Shown here: positions 42,646 through 56,645 of the stretch, piece after piece
Numbering within the stretch: position 1 is the first letter of the stretch
How the letters are laid out: every line of letters starts with the position of its first letter
Notes under the pieces: generated by a model
Database searches by the model: none
Told to the model about the DNA's origin: nothing
What the model saw: only the letters and a program-made list of their open reading frames with translations
Position numbers and translations under genes: made by a program
From: Eledone cirrhosa
Lineage: Eukaryota
Reading direction: 5' to 3'
Assembly (NCBI GenBank): GCA_964016885.1
Contig: OZ024751.1
Span: 41,726,001-41,790,000, forward strand
Length of the DNA stretch: 64,000 nt

Positions 42646-43964
42646 TTCAATCCTGGTAGGGATAAACGTAATGCATATGGATTATCTTTCTACTCAATTG
42701 AAAATGAAAATATTCTATCGGCAAATTTATTAAAGGACTCGTGATATCGAAAAATTAAAATTAATATCAGTAGAAACTTGCAATACGGAAACTTTTGTGA
42801 GATTGACATTTTACCTTTAAAAAAAAACACAATTATTATGAAAGACTTTTAATTACATCTTTATTTTTTAAAAAGAGAGAAAAAAACTTCTTTTAAAATG
42901 TAGGTGCTGAATATTAATTCTTTGTTGGTCAGTCAAGAGACATGGAATTCTCATTATATTCCGCTTAGCTAAATTGAGATGGGAGTTGGAAATTGATCCA
43001 CGGTTCATCAACATTAGAAGATGTTAGAAATTTGTTAAATTTATGGTTTCCACTAAGGTAAACACCTCTCTCTCTCTCTGCGAGATTTTCTTTCTCCTTG
43101 GGATGATAATAAAATCTGCGTTTGATTGACGAACGAAAGTGACAAAATTTCAATCTAAAGTTTAAAGATGGAAAGAAGATAACAGGGAGAAGAGTGAAGA
43201 ACTATAGAATGAGAATTATGAATTTCAAGCAAAGATGTCACTCATAATGTAAAGAAGGGCAACGATTTTAGTAACATTTTAGAAATTAAATTTAGAGTTT
43301 CAGTTACATATATAGATATATCTACCTTACAATCATTATACATAAAATAATATTGTCTCTAGGCAAATCTTGTTTTAATAAAATTTACTTAGATTTATCG
43401 CAATCGGTTGCAGTAAGATAATCAAGGGAATATATTAGATGGGGAGAAGCCAAATATTAGTTTAGAATATTCTCTTTATTCTCTATTACTGTCTATTATA
43501 ATATTTATCCTATTTATGCTATCAGCTTTAATTATACATTTCCGTAACAAATATACACAACATTACTAATGAGATCTGACAGGTTTAACCTCCGTTTGTA
43601 ATACCATGGTTACTAACGGCATCGTTCTTTCCTGTAATTTCTAATATTTTAACTAGACTTCGCTTAGTGTGGAACTTAAAGGTTTAGAATTCATTAACTG
43701 TTGTTCTTTGTCAACTTACTTAGAATTAGACTTAGAAGCTCCAGCATGGGGCAGCCAAAGTGCTCCAATGTCTACGGTCAGTTGCATCTATTAATACGAC
43801 GTCTTACGTCTTATGACGTATGAGTCAGCCGAGGTGCTCCAATAACCATGGTCAATAGCACCTATCAATACATCCCATATCTTGAGACGCACGAGGCAGC
43901 CGAAGTGCTCCAATGACCATGGTCAGTTGCATCTATCAATACATCGTTCCTACTTTTGTTAACA

Positions 43965-44050
43965 GGTTTCAGGTCTCTGTCGATTGTGTGCTGCCAGTTC
44001 ATCTTGGGACGTCCTCTTCGCCTCTTTCCATGAGGGTATCAATACAAGAT
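43965..44050 (-). mobile_element. RTE-like C-terminal fragment
   Basis: PHGKRRRGRPKMNWQHTIDRDLK. Confidence 0.6.
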
Positions 44051-44309
44051 CTGATTAGCATGTCTCTCACTTTGAATCACCAAGCTCAATATTAATCACG
44101 TCTTCTTCGTCTATTTCGATTATTCCTTATCGATTATTATAGATTAAGAGTAAAGCTTAGGATGCCCAGTGGTTCCTTTTTGGTTCATTTTCCACTTTTA
44201 TATTTTGATACGTTCACCCCAAGTAAGGTAATAAAGCCACTAAAAGGTAAAAGGTTACTGAGAAGGGAGAAGGACAAGGAAGAGAGATGATGATGATGAT
44301 TAATGTTGC

Positions 44310-44505
44310 TTTGAAGCTGAAAGAGAATTCCATAAGTGAGATGTACGAGGGAAGAAACTATTAGAATAGAATTTTGATTACATTTAAGAACTACAACTGT
44401 AAACGAATGAGAGCTAGTCGCCCATCTGGGGCTCTGTTTAAACTCATGAAGACCAGGCAACAAAGAAGAAAGCTCATCAGAACACTTCCCTTGAAAATAT
44501 TTATT
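44310..44505 (-). mobile_element. CR1/L2-group LINE C-terminal remnant
   Basis: KYFQGKCSDELSSLLP...HSFTVVV..C and, in another frame, SFFPRTSHLWNSL. Confidence 0.65.
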
Positions 44506-44853
44506 CTATTTCTATGTTTTAAAGGATTTGGGGGATTAACATTCCACTGAAGTTCTGCTCATGGGACAATCCAGGTTTATTGTTTTATATCTTATAAAAC
44601 CATTTGTTGTATCTGTCCAGGGCTGACCTTCACTGAACAGACATATGATTAAATGAATGGATTTTACTCGTAACTATGCCATCTTTTACCCCACATAATC
44701 GAAAGAATCCTTCTTTTCTAAGACAGTAGAGTGGGCTTTGGGGGAGATTTTGTAGCTATTTCTAGCTGATTATAAAACCATGGTGGTTAGTTATAAAAAC
44801 CAGTGACATTTGCGTGTGTGTTTATCGTGTTTATTGTGTATGTGTGTATGTGT

Positions 44854-44959
<106 letters not shown>

Positions 44960-44979
44960 GTATGTATGTGTACTAAATA

Positions 44980-45195
44980 TTGGTTTCTGATATAGGCACA
45001 AGGCCAGCAATTTGGGGGAAGGGGAAGTCGATTAAATCGACGCCAGTGCGTGACTGGTACTTTATTTTATCGACCCCCGTAAGGATGAAAGGCAAAGTTA
45101 ACCTCGGCGGGATTTAAACTCAGATCATAAAGGGCCGTAACTCTATGCTGCAAAGCATGGCGTCCGACCCTCTACCGATACTGCAAATCCACCGT
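44980..45195 (-). mobile_element. OK-like SINE with TSD
   Basis: TACTAAATATTG flanks both sides. Confidence 0.9.
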
Positions 45196-45504
45196 ATATA
45201 CTAAATATTGAACTGTTGAGTGAGGAATGAAAAGCAGAAACTAAAGAGAGAAACGGACAAAGAAAGAAGTAAAGGAAATGAATAGAAACTTTGACGACGA
45301 GAAAGTATGAGACAGGGTCAAATGTTCATCTTTGCTCTGAAATAAATGAGAGAATGCAATGAAGTGATGTTTGTCATGTTCCTGATCTCAGTTAGACATC
45401 GTATTACTGATACCAACATTTGTAAAAGAGTAATCGATATTGTTTGAACTTAATACCACTAAGGTTAGTAGGGTTGACTTTGATCCTTCATCAATTCTCC
45501 ATAT

Positions 45505-45720
45505 ACAGCAGTGGATTGGCAGAATTGGCAGCGCTTTGGATTAAATGGTTTGTTTGCGTTTTTTTTTTTTTTTTTTTTTTTTTGGTTCTTTATATTCTGA
45601 GTTCAAATCCCGCCGAGGTCAACTTTGCCTTTCAACCATTCGAGTTCGATAAAAATATGTACCAATGTAGTTTGGGATCGATTCTTCCTCTATATCTCTT
45701 TCTTACTTCCATTCTCTCAC
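45505..45720 (+). mobile_element. Degenerate OK-like SINE
   Basis: GTGGATTGGCAG...GAGTTCAAATCCCGCCGAGGTCAACTTTGCC. Confidence 0.75.
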
Positions 45721-45881
45721 TCTTTCTATCTTTCTATGGAAGAAATCTGCTGCATTCAGACCTGGAGAGGAAATGGACTTCACCAGGTTTTAAAATCGCC
45801 ATAGAAACGCCGTATTGACGGACGCCAAAAATTGCCAAGAGTAACCAATGATCCCTTCTCCTCATTCAAGGTATATAAATA

Positions 45882-46080
45882 AGGGTCGACTGAAATGTCC
45901 ATATGCTAACTATGAAGGAGTGATGCTAGAGCTGTGAAATCTGGCATGCATTAATTTCAACTCTTTTGATTAATTATTAACTGTATTTGATTCTTTCTCG
46001 GGACTATGTTGAAAAATAAACCTCATTTGGTCACTCCATGAGAGTATCTTGGTCAGCCTATTAACTTTCCAGCCGACCCT
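45882..46080. mobile_element. Mariner-type MITE (partial copies at about 26845 and 54430)
   Basis: TIRs AGGGTCGACTGAAA / TTCCAGCCGACCCT; interior homologous to 17349-17517. Confidence 0.75.
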
Positions 46081-46109
46081 CCTAGGTTAACAATATCAGT
46101 CCGCTACAT

Positions 46110-46290
46110 ATAATTGTTTCTACTTTAGGCACAAGGCCAGCAATTACCCCAGTTCATTACTGGTACTTTATTTTATCGACCCCGTAAGGATGAAAGGCAA
46201 AATTAACCTCGGGAGATTTGAACCCAGAACGTAAAGGGCCATAACACTATGCTGCAAATCATGGTGTCTAACTCTCTACCGATACTGCCA
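46110..46290 (-). mobile_element. OK-like SINE
   Basis: Consensus match. Confidence 0.85.
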
Positions 46291-46430
46291 CATATAATAT
46301 AATACAGAGTGAGAGCTATAAAGATTGAAAGTACAAAATCTATATTCAAAATTTCATACGGTTTAATGGTTTCTTAAGAAAGCCAAGAGAAACACAGAAT
46401 TTTAAATTTTGTTTGTATCTATCTATCTAT

Positions 46431-46735
46431 CTAAGGCTGGTAAAATTCCCGAGATCCATGGACGAGTTCTCTCCGGCGGTCTCTGTCCCTCATTATCGCT
46501 GCCATGTCCTGCTTCTCCAACAGACCAGTGTCTGTCCTTAGGGCATCAACATACGTTAACCTTGGTCTTCCTCTTCTAGTGTGTCCATGTAGGGGCTCCC
46601 AAAGGAGCACTGAGTGCAATGTCAACTCTGGATGTCGGTGAGCATGTCCAGCTAACCTCAGTCTCCTCTGTGTCACTTTTGAGCTGACTTTTGGGAGGCT
46701 CCCATACAGCTCTGAGTTTGTTTGTATTGTACAAG
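46431..46735 (-). mobile_element. 5'-truncated RTE-like LINE 3' end
   Basis: TNSELYGSLPKVSSKVTQRRLRLAGHAHRHPELTLHSVLLWEPLHGHTRRGRPRLTYVDAL...; (GATA)n tail. Confidence 0.85.
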
Positions 46736-46763
46736 CTAAAGAGAGTGAGAGAGTCCAGAAAGA

Positions 46764-46900
46764 GTCCAGAATTAGCCGTCGAAACGGCTTGAGCTCAGCT
46801 GTCGGGGTCTTACTGGTTCTTATTACCCACTCTACTACCTCAAGTATTGAGTACTTTGGTGCGTTATGGTCCACCTGGTTCCTTACCACATTTCCTTCGT
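46764..46900 (+). mobile_element. HHR-element copy truncated at the stem II loop
   Basis: Same as the right half of 14553-14743; ends in (TA)n. Confidence 0.85.
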
Positions 46901-46970
46901 TATATATATATATATATATATATTAAAGAGTTAAACAAGATTCAATGAATATATCAAAGAATGAGTTTTA

Positions 46971-47050
<80 letters not shown>

Positions 47051-47343
47051 GTATATATATATGTGTGTGTATATATATATTTGTGTGTGCGTCGGTCGGT
47101 CTTTAGGTGTGTATATGAACACATCTGCATCTAAAGTATATTTCTGAAACACAATTAACTACATTATTTCTATTCCGAATTCCAATAGTATATTTCTTCT
47201 TCTTCTTCTTCTTCTTCTTCTTCTTCTTCTTCTTCTTCTTCTTCTTCTTCTTCTTCTTCTTCTCATTATTATTATTATTTTTATTCCTTTCGTTTGGCTT
47301 CATCTTCTTCCTCTTCTTTTCATCATACTCATATGCTTCATTT

Positions 47344-47521
<178 letters not shown>

Positions 47522-47751
47522 TTTTTTCCCATGTTATTACTACTTCAAGTCCAATTACTACTCCTACCACCACTACTACTACCAATACAACTAAAATGCT
47601 ACGTTTATAATATTATCATATTTCTTTCCACTCAAATTCATGTTATTACCTCCCCTTATTCTTTATTTTCTTCTTTACCTTTTGTTTTACCACGTCTTTA
47701 TGTTACTTATTTTTCTTCGTTTTGATTACTTTGATTACTTCGTCATTACTA

Positions 47752-47940
47752 AGGTGGATTGGCAGTATCGGTAGAGGGTCGGACGCCATGCTTTGACGCA
47801 TAGAGTTACGTCCCTTGCCATTCTGAGTTCAAATCCCGCCGAGGTTAACTTTGCCTTTCATCCTTACGGAGGTCGATAAAATAAAGTACCAGTAATGTAC
47901 TGGGTAATCGCTGGCCTTGTGCCAAAAGTAGAAACAATTA
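47752..47940 (+). mobile_element. OK-like SINE
   Basis: Full consensus; ATTACTAA flanks. Confidence 0.9.
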
Positions 47941-48455
47941 CTAATGTAAGACTTGGAGAAGACAGAAAACGGGCAATGTCAGGCATTTCTAGGGCTCACT
48001 GAAATGCCATGATTGATACCAAGTCAAACTTCTAAAGTGGCACCCCAACGACTGTCTGTACAAGCTGCGCGGACGGAGATGGGCCCTGATAATGAGTGAC
48101 CCCCTCTAGGTGTTTTATGTGATGTATTTGCCTGTAGTCTTTGTCTACGTGGCACAGAGTCCGCTCAACTTGATTTTCTGTATTATTTCTATATGACGGT
48201 AAAAAAACCGTGACTCAGAGTCGGTTCAACTTGATCCTCTGCACTATTCCTATATGACGGAATTAAAACGGCTGCGGTGAATCGGCTCAACTTGATCCTC
48301 GGCACGATTTCTATATTACAGAATCAAAAATTTAACACAGATTTGACTCAACTTGATGTCTGCATAATTTACATCTTTCTCTGCTACTCCACTATCATCA
48401 TTATTGTAATTATTTTCTTGCTTCTCTCTCTATCTATCTATCTATCTATCTATCT

Positions 48456-48672
48456 GAGGAAAGGAGTACAAACTCTTCGTATTCCTGGAGATGAGGGTTG
48501 CACATTTTTTCGGGGGTATGTGTTACCCATATAAACTGTCTCTCCCTATTGGGGAAAATCGACTAATTTTTAAATTGCATTTGTGATAACATTTTACACG
48601 TTTTTATTGTATGTAAACTTCCCCCTTTGTATTTGTCCCCTTCTTTTGTGCCCCTGTGGCTAATAAAGAAAC
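48456..48672 (+). mobile_element. Tx1-like LINE 3' UTR fragment in (TATC)n
   Basis: Nearly identical to 57402-57620; AATAAA followed by (TATC)n. Confidence 0.7.
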
Positions 48673-49244
48673 ATATCTATCTATCTATCTATCTACGTTT
48701 GACGTCTTAAAATGATATTAAAGAATTGATATGTTCATGTTTTAATATGTTCATGAATTGATGTGTTCATGTTTTAACCTAACGCATATTAAATGTTTTG
48801 TTTGTTTGTGCGTTAGTTGTTTACTTTATATCTTCGCTTAGCTCCAAGTAAATGACCATTGTGTTAAAGATAGCTGACTTTAATAATATATTTCATACAA
48901 TGGCTGGTTTTGGAAATGTACTTATTATATTTTTGACAATAGTTATTAACAATAATTAACGTTTAGTGACATAGATATGCAGCTACCTATTTACATTCGA
49001 TCAATTAACTCGGCACGCAACCTTTCCAGCAGGATAAGTCGGCAGTTTCATTATCGATTTTTTAAAAAATAAACCAATATATAAATGATTAAATAAACAA
49101 TTAAAGCCATCCATTTAATTCATAATGTTAACCAGCACAAGCAGCTTTATACAATGTTCTTCATGGAAATTCGGAGTAATGTTAGAATTATCTGTCGCCT
49201 GATAATGGACGAGGTCTCGTTCTACCGTTGTGTGTTAGCATTGC

Positions 49245-50000
49245 GAATAGGGACACAATGTGGTCAGTTTAGTTAAATAGGGATCTATTTTAGATGGATA
49301 AATAGGGATACAATTAGGTCAGTTAAATTATCTATTTTGGAGGGATGAATAGGGACACAATGTGGTCAATTCTATTAAATAGGGATCTATTTTAGATGGA
49401 TAAATAGGGATACAATTAGGTCAGTTAAATTATCTATTTTGGAGGGATGAATAGGGACACAATGTGGTCAATTCTATTAAATAGGGATCTATTTTAGAGG
49501 GATAAATAAGGATACAATTTGGTCAGTTAGATTAAGATCTGTTTTGGAGGGATAGATAGGGGCACAATGTGATTATTCAGTTAAATAGGGATCTATTTTT
49601 GAGGGATAAATAGGGATACAATTAGGTCAGTTAAATAAAGATCTATTTTGGAGGGATAAATAGGAGCACAATGTGGTCAGTTCAGTTAAATAGGGATCTA
49701 TTTTAGAGTAATAAATAGGGATACAATTTGGTCAGTTAGATGAAGATCTGTTTTGGAGGGATGGATAGGGGCACAATGCGATAATTCAGTTAAATAGGGA
49801 TCTATTTTAGAGGGACAAATAGGGGAACAATGTGGTTAGTTCTGTTAAATAAGGATCTATTTTAGTGGGATAAATAGGGATACAGTGTGCCCATTTAAAT
49901 GAAGATCTATTTTGGGGGTATAAATAGGGGCACAATGTGGCCAGTTAAATAGGGATATTTTTGAAGAATATATAGGGATACAAATTGGGCAGTTAAATAT
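49245..50000. repeat. ~50-bp diverged minisatellite with alternating subunits
   Basis: AGGGACACAATGTGGTCA...GATCTATTTTAG alternating with AGGGATACAATTAGGTCAGTTA...TATTTTGGAGGGAT. Confidence 0.9.
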
Positions 50001-50287
50001 TTTCAGCAATGCAACATTTCCCATAAGATTCACATTACAGAATTCCAGATTACAGAATGTTTTCAGGAGCGCAACAGCGCAATAATTCCTTAATGAGGTG
50101 AGTTCCTGTTATATAGAACTGTATTTTACAGAATCTGTTTACAATAGGTTCCAATATAAACATAATTTAAAGTATTTAGCTAACTTAATACCATTGGAAT
50201 TATCTCTAGAACTTATTTCTCCGTTTATTCTTAATTAAATTTAACCTTTCCATCTATAAAAATAGTAAAACAAAATTCATCTACGTA

Positions 50288-50319
<32 letters not shown>

Positions 50320-50399
50320 AGATAGATAGGCATATATATATATATATATATGCAAATATATATATATATGTATATATATATGCAAATGCGGATGTAACA

Positions 50400-50745
50400 C
50401 ATGCGCAAACTAAGCACACAACACACACAAAAACAAGATGGCGTAGGACAGAACAAAGAAGAGGCACAAAAACAAAGAAAAAAATCCCCAGTCACTGAAG
50501 AGGTCACAGAATGTGTGATGAAAGAACTTTGACAATATATGAACAATCGTCTGGTTGGGGAACCAACCAACCAACCGGAAATTTATAAATTCCTAAATTT
50601 ATAAATTTAATTTATAATAAATTGATGTGAAAGCAACTGGTGCGTGTGTTTCTTATTGGCAACATGACCCTCCCAAAGTATAACAATATCGGTTTCAACA
50701 CACGTTTTCAGATAAAGAATCTTGCTAAACAAATTCAGAAACGAT
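50400..50745 (+). mobile_element. HHR element (family of 32025); HHR at 50491-50533
   Basis: GTCA-CTGAAGA-gGTCACA gaatg TGTGAT-GAAA-gaactt-TGAC; 3' end at (TA)n. Confidence 0.75.
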
Positions 50746-52273
50746 ATATATATATATATATATATATTACCTTTTTATGATGTCTACCTGTTATTATTCA
50801 TTCTTTATCTACACTCCGGAATACAGAAGGATCAGGAACTGAGTTTCTTCAACTATTCTTCCATAACTCGTTGAGTAACCCCTCACCGTACGCCAACTCT
50901 ATCTAGTGTAGTAATTAACCATTACTACATCCAGGATAATCCTATACCTAATATATATCTATATATACATATATACATATATATATATACATATATATAT
51001 ATATTTATTTATTTATTTATTAAAATAACAGATTAAAGTTTCTGTTATTTTAATAAATATTTGCTCTAGGGTTCTTATATATTTGATATATATTTATCCA
51101 TATCGAGCCCTCTTTGGATTTTAGTCTTCGCATTTATTATTATTACTATTATATATATATATATATATATAATGTCCATCAAGTACAAAAGTAAGCTTTC
51201 ATTAATCACAGGTAATATTTGTTTCCCAGGATTGTCAAGGATTGGAAATATAGAATTTTTATGAATTATCCAGAGAGAAACAAAACTCAAAAGTAATTAA
51301 ATCAATTCCAGATTTCTTAGTTTTCCCAATTTTATATCTAAGCTCCTGGTAAACTTTCCCCTTAAACCGGGAAGCCATTATTAATGACCAAACTGGAAAT
51401 GAAATCATTATATTTTTCCTTGTTTTTACCATAATATTTCTATGTATTCTTCAAGTACCTTCCCCTCTCACTCTCTCTCTCTCACCCTCTCTCACATACA
51501 CACACATACATACACATACACACACACATACATACATACACCTACACACACAGACACACCGTTTCTCTCTCTCTCTCTCTCACCCTCTCACTCTCTCTCA
51601 CCCTCTCTCACATACACACACATACATACACATACATACATACATACATACATACACCTACACACACAGACACACCGTTTCTCTCTCTCTCTCCCACCCT
51701 CTCACTCTCTCTCTCATCCTCTCTCACATACACACACATACATACACATACACACACACATACATACATACACCTACACACACAGACACACCGTTTCTCT
51801 CTCTCTCTCTCTCCCACCCTCTCACTCTCTCTCACCCTCTCTCACATACACACACATACATACACATACACACACACATACATACATACACCTACACACA
51901 CAGACACACCGTTTCTCTCTCTCTCTCTCACCCTCTCACTCTCTCACCATCCCTTTCACTCTCTCACCCTCTCTCTCCCATCCCTCTCACCCTCTTACCC
52001 ATTCACACCCTCTCCCTCTCTATGACCCTCTCTCTCTCACCCTCTCTCTCACACACCTCCTCTCATCCTCTCCCTTACCCCCACACACATCCTCCCCTAC
52101 ACCTTAATCTTATTTACTCCTCTAATCCTCCATATTGAACACTGTTATTCTCCATAGATCAATGTAAACTAAAGAATTAAATCAGATCGATATTCTACAT
52201 TTGCTTGGAATTCTTCTATTGGTATTTATGTAGAATGTTATAATGTCATGCTGTACAGTATATATATATATGC

Positions 52274-52426
<153 letters not shown>

Positions 52427-52432
52427 ATATAT

Positions 52433-52521
<89 letters not shown>

Positions 52522-52522
<1 letters not shown>

Positions 52523-52709
52523 CGAAGGAAAAGTGGTAAGGAACCAGGTGGACCATAACGCACCAAAGTACTCAATACTTAGGGTAGTAGAGTGGGTAAT
52601 AGGAGTAAGTAAGACCCCGACGGCTGAGCTCAAGCCGTTTCGACGGCAAATTCTGTACAGAATTAGCCGTCGAAACGGCTTGAGCTCAGCCGTCGGGGTC
52701 TTACTTACT

Positions 52710-52712
<3 letters not shown>
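52522..52712 (-). mobile_element. HHR-derived fold-back element between (TA)n tracts
   Basis: Palindrome 52599-52714 centred at 52656/52657; family of 14553. Confidence 0.85.
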
Positions 52713-52747
<35 letters not shown>

Positions 52748-52750
<3 letters not shown>

Positions 52751-53042
52751 CGTTTCTGAATTTGTTTATCTGAAAACGTGTGTTGAAACCGATATTGTTA
52801 TACTTTGGGAGGGTCATGTTGCCAATAAGAAACACACGCACCCGTTGCTTTCACTTCAACTTATTTTAATAAATTTATAAATTTAGGAATTTATAAATGT
52901 CCGGTTGGTTGGTTGGTTCCACAACCAGATGGTTGTTTATATATTGTCAAAGTTCTTTCGTCACACATTCTGTGACCTCTTCAGTGACTGGGGGTTCTTT
53001 TCTTTGTTTTTTGTGCCTCTCCTTTGTTCTGTCCTACGCCAT

Positions 53043-53045
<3 letters not shown>
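52748..53045 (-). mobile_element. HHR element; HHR at 52946-52988 (minus)
   Basis: Reverse-complement copy of the 50447-50745 part of that element; (TA)n on both sides. Confidence 0.8.
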
Positions 53046-53098
<53 letters not shown>

Positions 53099-53115
53099 CA
53101 TACATATATATACAT

Positions 53116-53181
<66 letters not shown>

Positions 53182-53220
53182 TCTATATGTATGTGTGTAT
53201 ATGTATGTATGTATATATTA

Positions 53221-53302
<82 letters not shown>

Positions 53303-53595
53303 TATATAATATTAAGGATACTATTTATAGTTATGTATATTTTAAACTATAAACAACTATAAACAGGGAAGGTCAGTTATGTATGACTACCTTATTACCA
53401 GTAAGATAAATAGCTCAATGTAAGAACATCAGTTGTTTTACAGAGCAGTTATATTGAATTCACAAGAATCAAAGCTATGTTCAAAACATTTATTCGCTGA
53501 CAATTGTTCCTTCCAAACCTAGGCTTGGAATCTTCGGAGCATTTTTAATGTTTGTACATATAATTGACCCCCTACTCAACGTAAGAGACATACAG

Positions 53596-53653
<58 letters not shown>

Positions 53654-54099
53654 ATGTATAGTGTGGAGTTGATGTGACATATTATATTATACTATATTTG
53701 TACAGTAATTCAAATTAAGATTAAAATATAAAATTTATAAACAAGATTAAAAGCATAGGTTGGAATACATGCGACAGATAATACAGATAATACAAGAGAA
53801 TAGTCTAATAATCAAATTAAATAGATAGTATATGCGTTAGTCATATATAGAGGGATTGAACAAGCAAATGTATCATGTATATATGAGTACTGTATGGCAA
53901 GGAATTACATGAAATACAAGCACTTTAAGCGGGTATGTAAGAGTATTATGGTGGTTGCAGTGTGAGGATATTTTCTGTATAGTTCAAATTTGTATGTGTG
54001 CAGAAAAAGGAAGTTATAGTTTTCACATCCATCACAGGTTTGGAAGAAACAATTGTCAGCGAATAAATTTTTTGAACATAGCTTTGATTCTTGTGAATT

Positions 54100-54135
<36 letters not shown>

Positions 54136-54825
54136 ATATTGATATTAATATCTACCCCTTCTTACAAACGCTATAGGAAGTCATAGACATCAAACCACCT
54201 TTATTTCTACAACACAAATACCGGAAGCCATTTACTTTCATATGAAATTAATAAACTGTTTGATGACAGCAATTTGACTCAAGCAAGAAAGTGGTCAAGT
54301 TGGGATTCTTAATAACTCTGATCCCAAGATCAAATTCCTTGAAGGTGTTATTAGATCTTTCGGCCGACCAAAGTGATCGTATGTAAACCAAGCATACATA
54401 TGAGAGATGTGAATGGATTTGTATATTTGAGGGTAGGCTAAAAGGTTCATAGGCTGACTATGAAGGAGTGATGTTAGAGCTTGGAAATCTTGCATTCATA
54501 AATTCTTACGTTTTTAATAACTACTCGACCAAAGGGAGTTATAAACAATATATAGAGAGAGAAACACACAGATACATGCGGACACATACATACACATGAA
54601 TATATCCACATATATCTCTGAGTTAGTGGTACCAACCTCAACCGATGTTGCTCTATGAATAACTGGGACAAACCAATCCGAATGGATTAGACTGATTCAG
54701 TATCAGAGCTATATAATACATTATGAAGAGAGAAGAAACATTAGATATAATTAGTAATAAGATATATCATACCTAAGCTGCTTCTATAGTCCCCGACTAC
54801 GTAGTTTCGTGGCATATTATGCGTG

Positions 54826-54922
<97 letters not shown>

Positions 54923-54977
54923 TGTATATATATATAACCGAAGGTTAATATGTTTTTTGAGAAGTTTTTCAGAGAAG

Positions 54978-55293
54978 TTATTCAAAATATTAATAAATGA
55001 AGACATTCACATAAGCAAAATATATGTTTTATTATATATATTTCGAAGGTACTGTGTTGTTTTTTCAGTACATCCTCGTCAGATAAAATACATGAACGGC
55101 CTTGATGGTTCAATTCCAGTTCAATTCCAATAATGGAATTGAACCATCAAGACCGTTGAGGTATGTCATACATCAATTCATGTATTTTATCTGACGAGGA
55201 CGTACTGAAAAAACAGCACAGTACCTTCGAAATATATATAATAAAACATATTTTGATTATGTGAATGTCTTCATTTATTAATATTTTGAATAA
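54978..55293. mobile_element. Head-to-head inverted HHR element with two central hairpins
   Basis: Arms 54978-55096 and 55177-55293; HHRs at 55023-55092 (-) and 55181-55250 (+). Confidence 0.85.
55181..55250 (+). ncRNA. Type I hammerhead ribozyme motif
   Basis: TTTTAT-CTGACGA-GGAcGTACTG..CAGTACcTTC-GAAA-TATATA-TA-ATAAAA. Confidence 0.85.
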
Positions 55294-55316
55294 TATATAT
55301 ATATATATATATATAT

Positions 55317-55507
55317 AACGAAGGAAGTGTGGTAAGGAACCAGATGGACCATAACGCACCAGAATACTCAATACTTAGGGTAGTAGAGTGGGTAATAGGA
55401 AAATGGTCAAGACCCCGACGGCAGAGCTCATGCCGTTTCGACGGCTATTTCTGGACGTCCAGAAATAGCCGTCGAAACTGCTTGAGCAGTCGGGGTCTCG
55501 ACCATTT
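55317..55507 (-). mobile_element. HHR-derived fold-back element (family of 14553)
   Basis: Palindrome 55401-55507 centred at 55456/55457; variant stem III sequences. Confidence 0.85.
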
Positions 55508-55792
55508 GAAATAAGTTCTAATAATAATCGGTTTCCGTAATTATATCTTTACTTTCTGTCAACCTTTCAAAATCTCAGAGAGACTGTTGGCATACTTTTA
55601 AATGTTGCTACACTAAATTATAATTAAGGACCTTAAAAGAACCTCAAAGCAAGTTGCATGCAACATTTACACTTAATTGCACTGTATAATCTAATGTCCT
55701 CTGGTCCTTTCATTCAGCAATAATTATCTATTGAATACGAGTTGCCAACAGTGTTCCATTATATAACAAGTGTTGGTATTTTACCTTACTTA

Positions 55793-56645
55793 GTTGGCTG
55801 ACTGGGTGACAGGCTGACTGGATGGCTGGCTGGCTGGATGACTGGATGGCTGGATGGATGGCTGGATGGCTGGCTGGCTGGTTGACTGGATGGCTGGCTG
55901 GCTGGCTGACTGGATGGCTGGCTGGATGGCTGGCGAACTGGCTGACTGGATGGCTGGCTGACTGGCTGACTGGATGACAGGCTGACTGGATGGCTGGATG
56001 GCTGGCTGACTGGATGGCTGGCGAACTGGCTGACTGGATGGCTGGCTGACTGGATGGCTGGCTGACTGGCTGACTGGATGACAGGCTGACTGGATGGCTG
56101 GCTGACTGGCTGACTGGATGGCTGGCTGACTGGCTGACTGGATGGCTGGCTGACTGGCTGACTGGATGACAGGCTGACTGGATGGCTGGCTGACTGGCTG
56201 ACTGGATGGCTGGCTGACTGGCTGACTGGATGGCTGGCTGACTGGCTGACTGGATGGCTGGCTGACTGGCTGACTGGATGGCTGGCTGACTGGCTGACTG
56301 GATGGCTGGATGGCTGGATGGCTGGCTGACTGGATGGCTGGCGAACTGGATGGCTGGCTGACTGGCTGACTGGATGACTGGATGGCTGGCTGACTGGCTG
56401 ACTGGATGGCTGGCTGACTGGCTGACTGGATGGCTGGCGAACTGGCTGACTGGATGGCTGGCTGACAGGAGGGTTGGCTGACTGGATGACTGGATGACTG
56501 GATGACTGGCTGATGGCTGACTGGATGACTGGATTGCTGGCTGACTGAAAGACTGGATGACTGGATGTCTGGATGGTTAGCTGGCTGGGTGGTTAATTGG
56601 CTGGTTGGTTGGTTAGTTGGCTGGTTGGCTGGCTGGTTGGCTGGC
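55793..56645. repeat. Compound CTGG/CTGA/ATGG tetranucleotide satellite
   Basis: Common 24-bp unit CTGGATGGCTGGCTGACTGGCTGA. Confidence 0.95.

Noticed and set aside
51085-51145. Repeat shared with 26165-26225 containing CCGAAGA/CCAAAGA on the minus strand
   Set aside because: Could not complete a hammerhead fold; left as an unclassified short repeat
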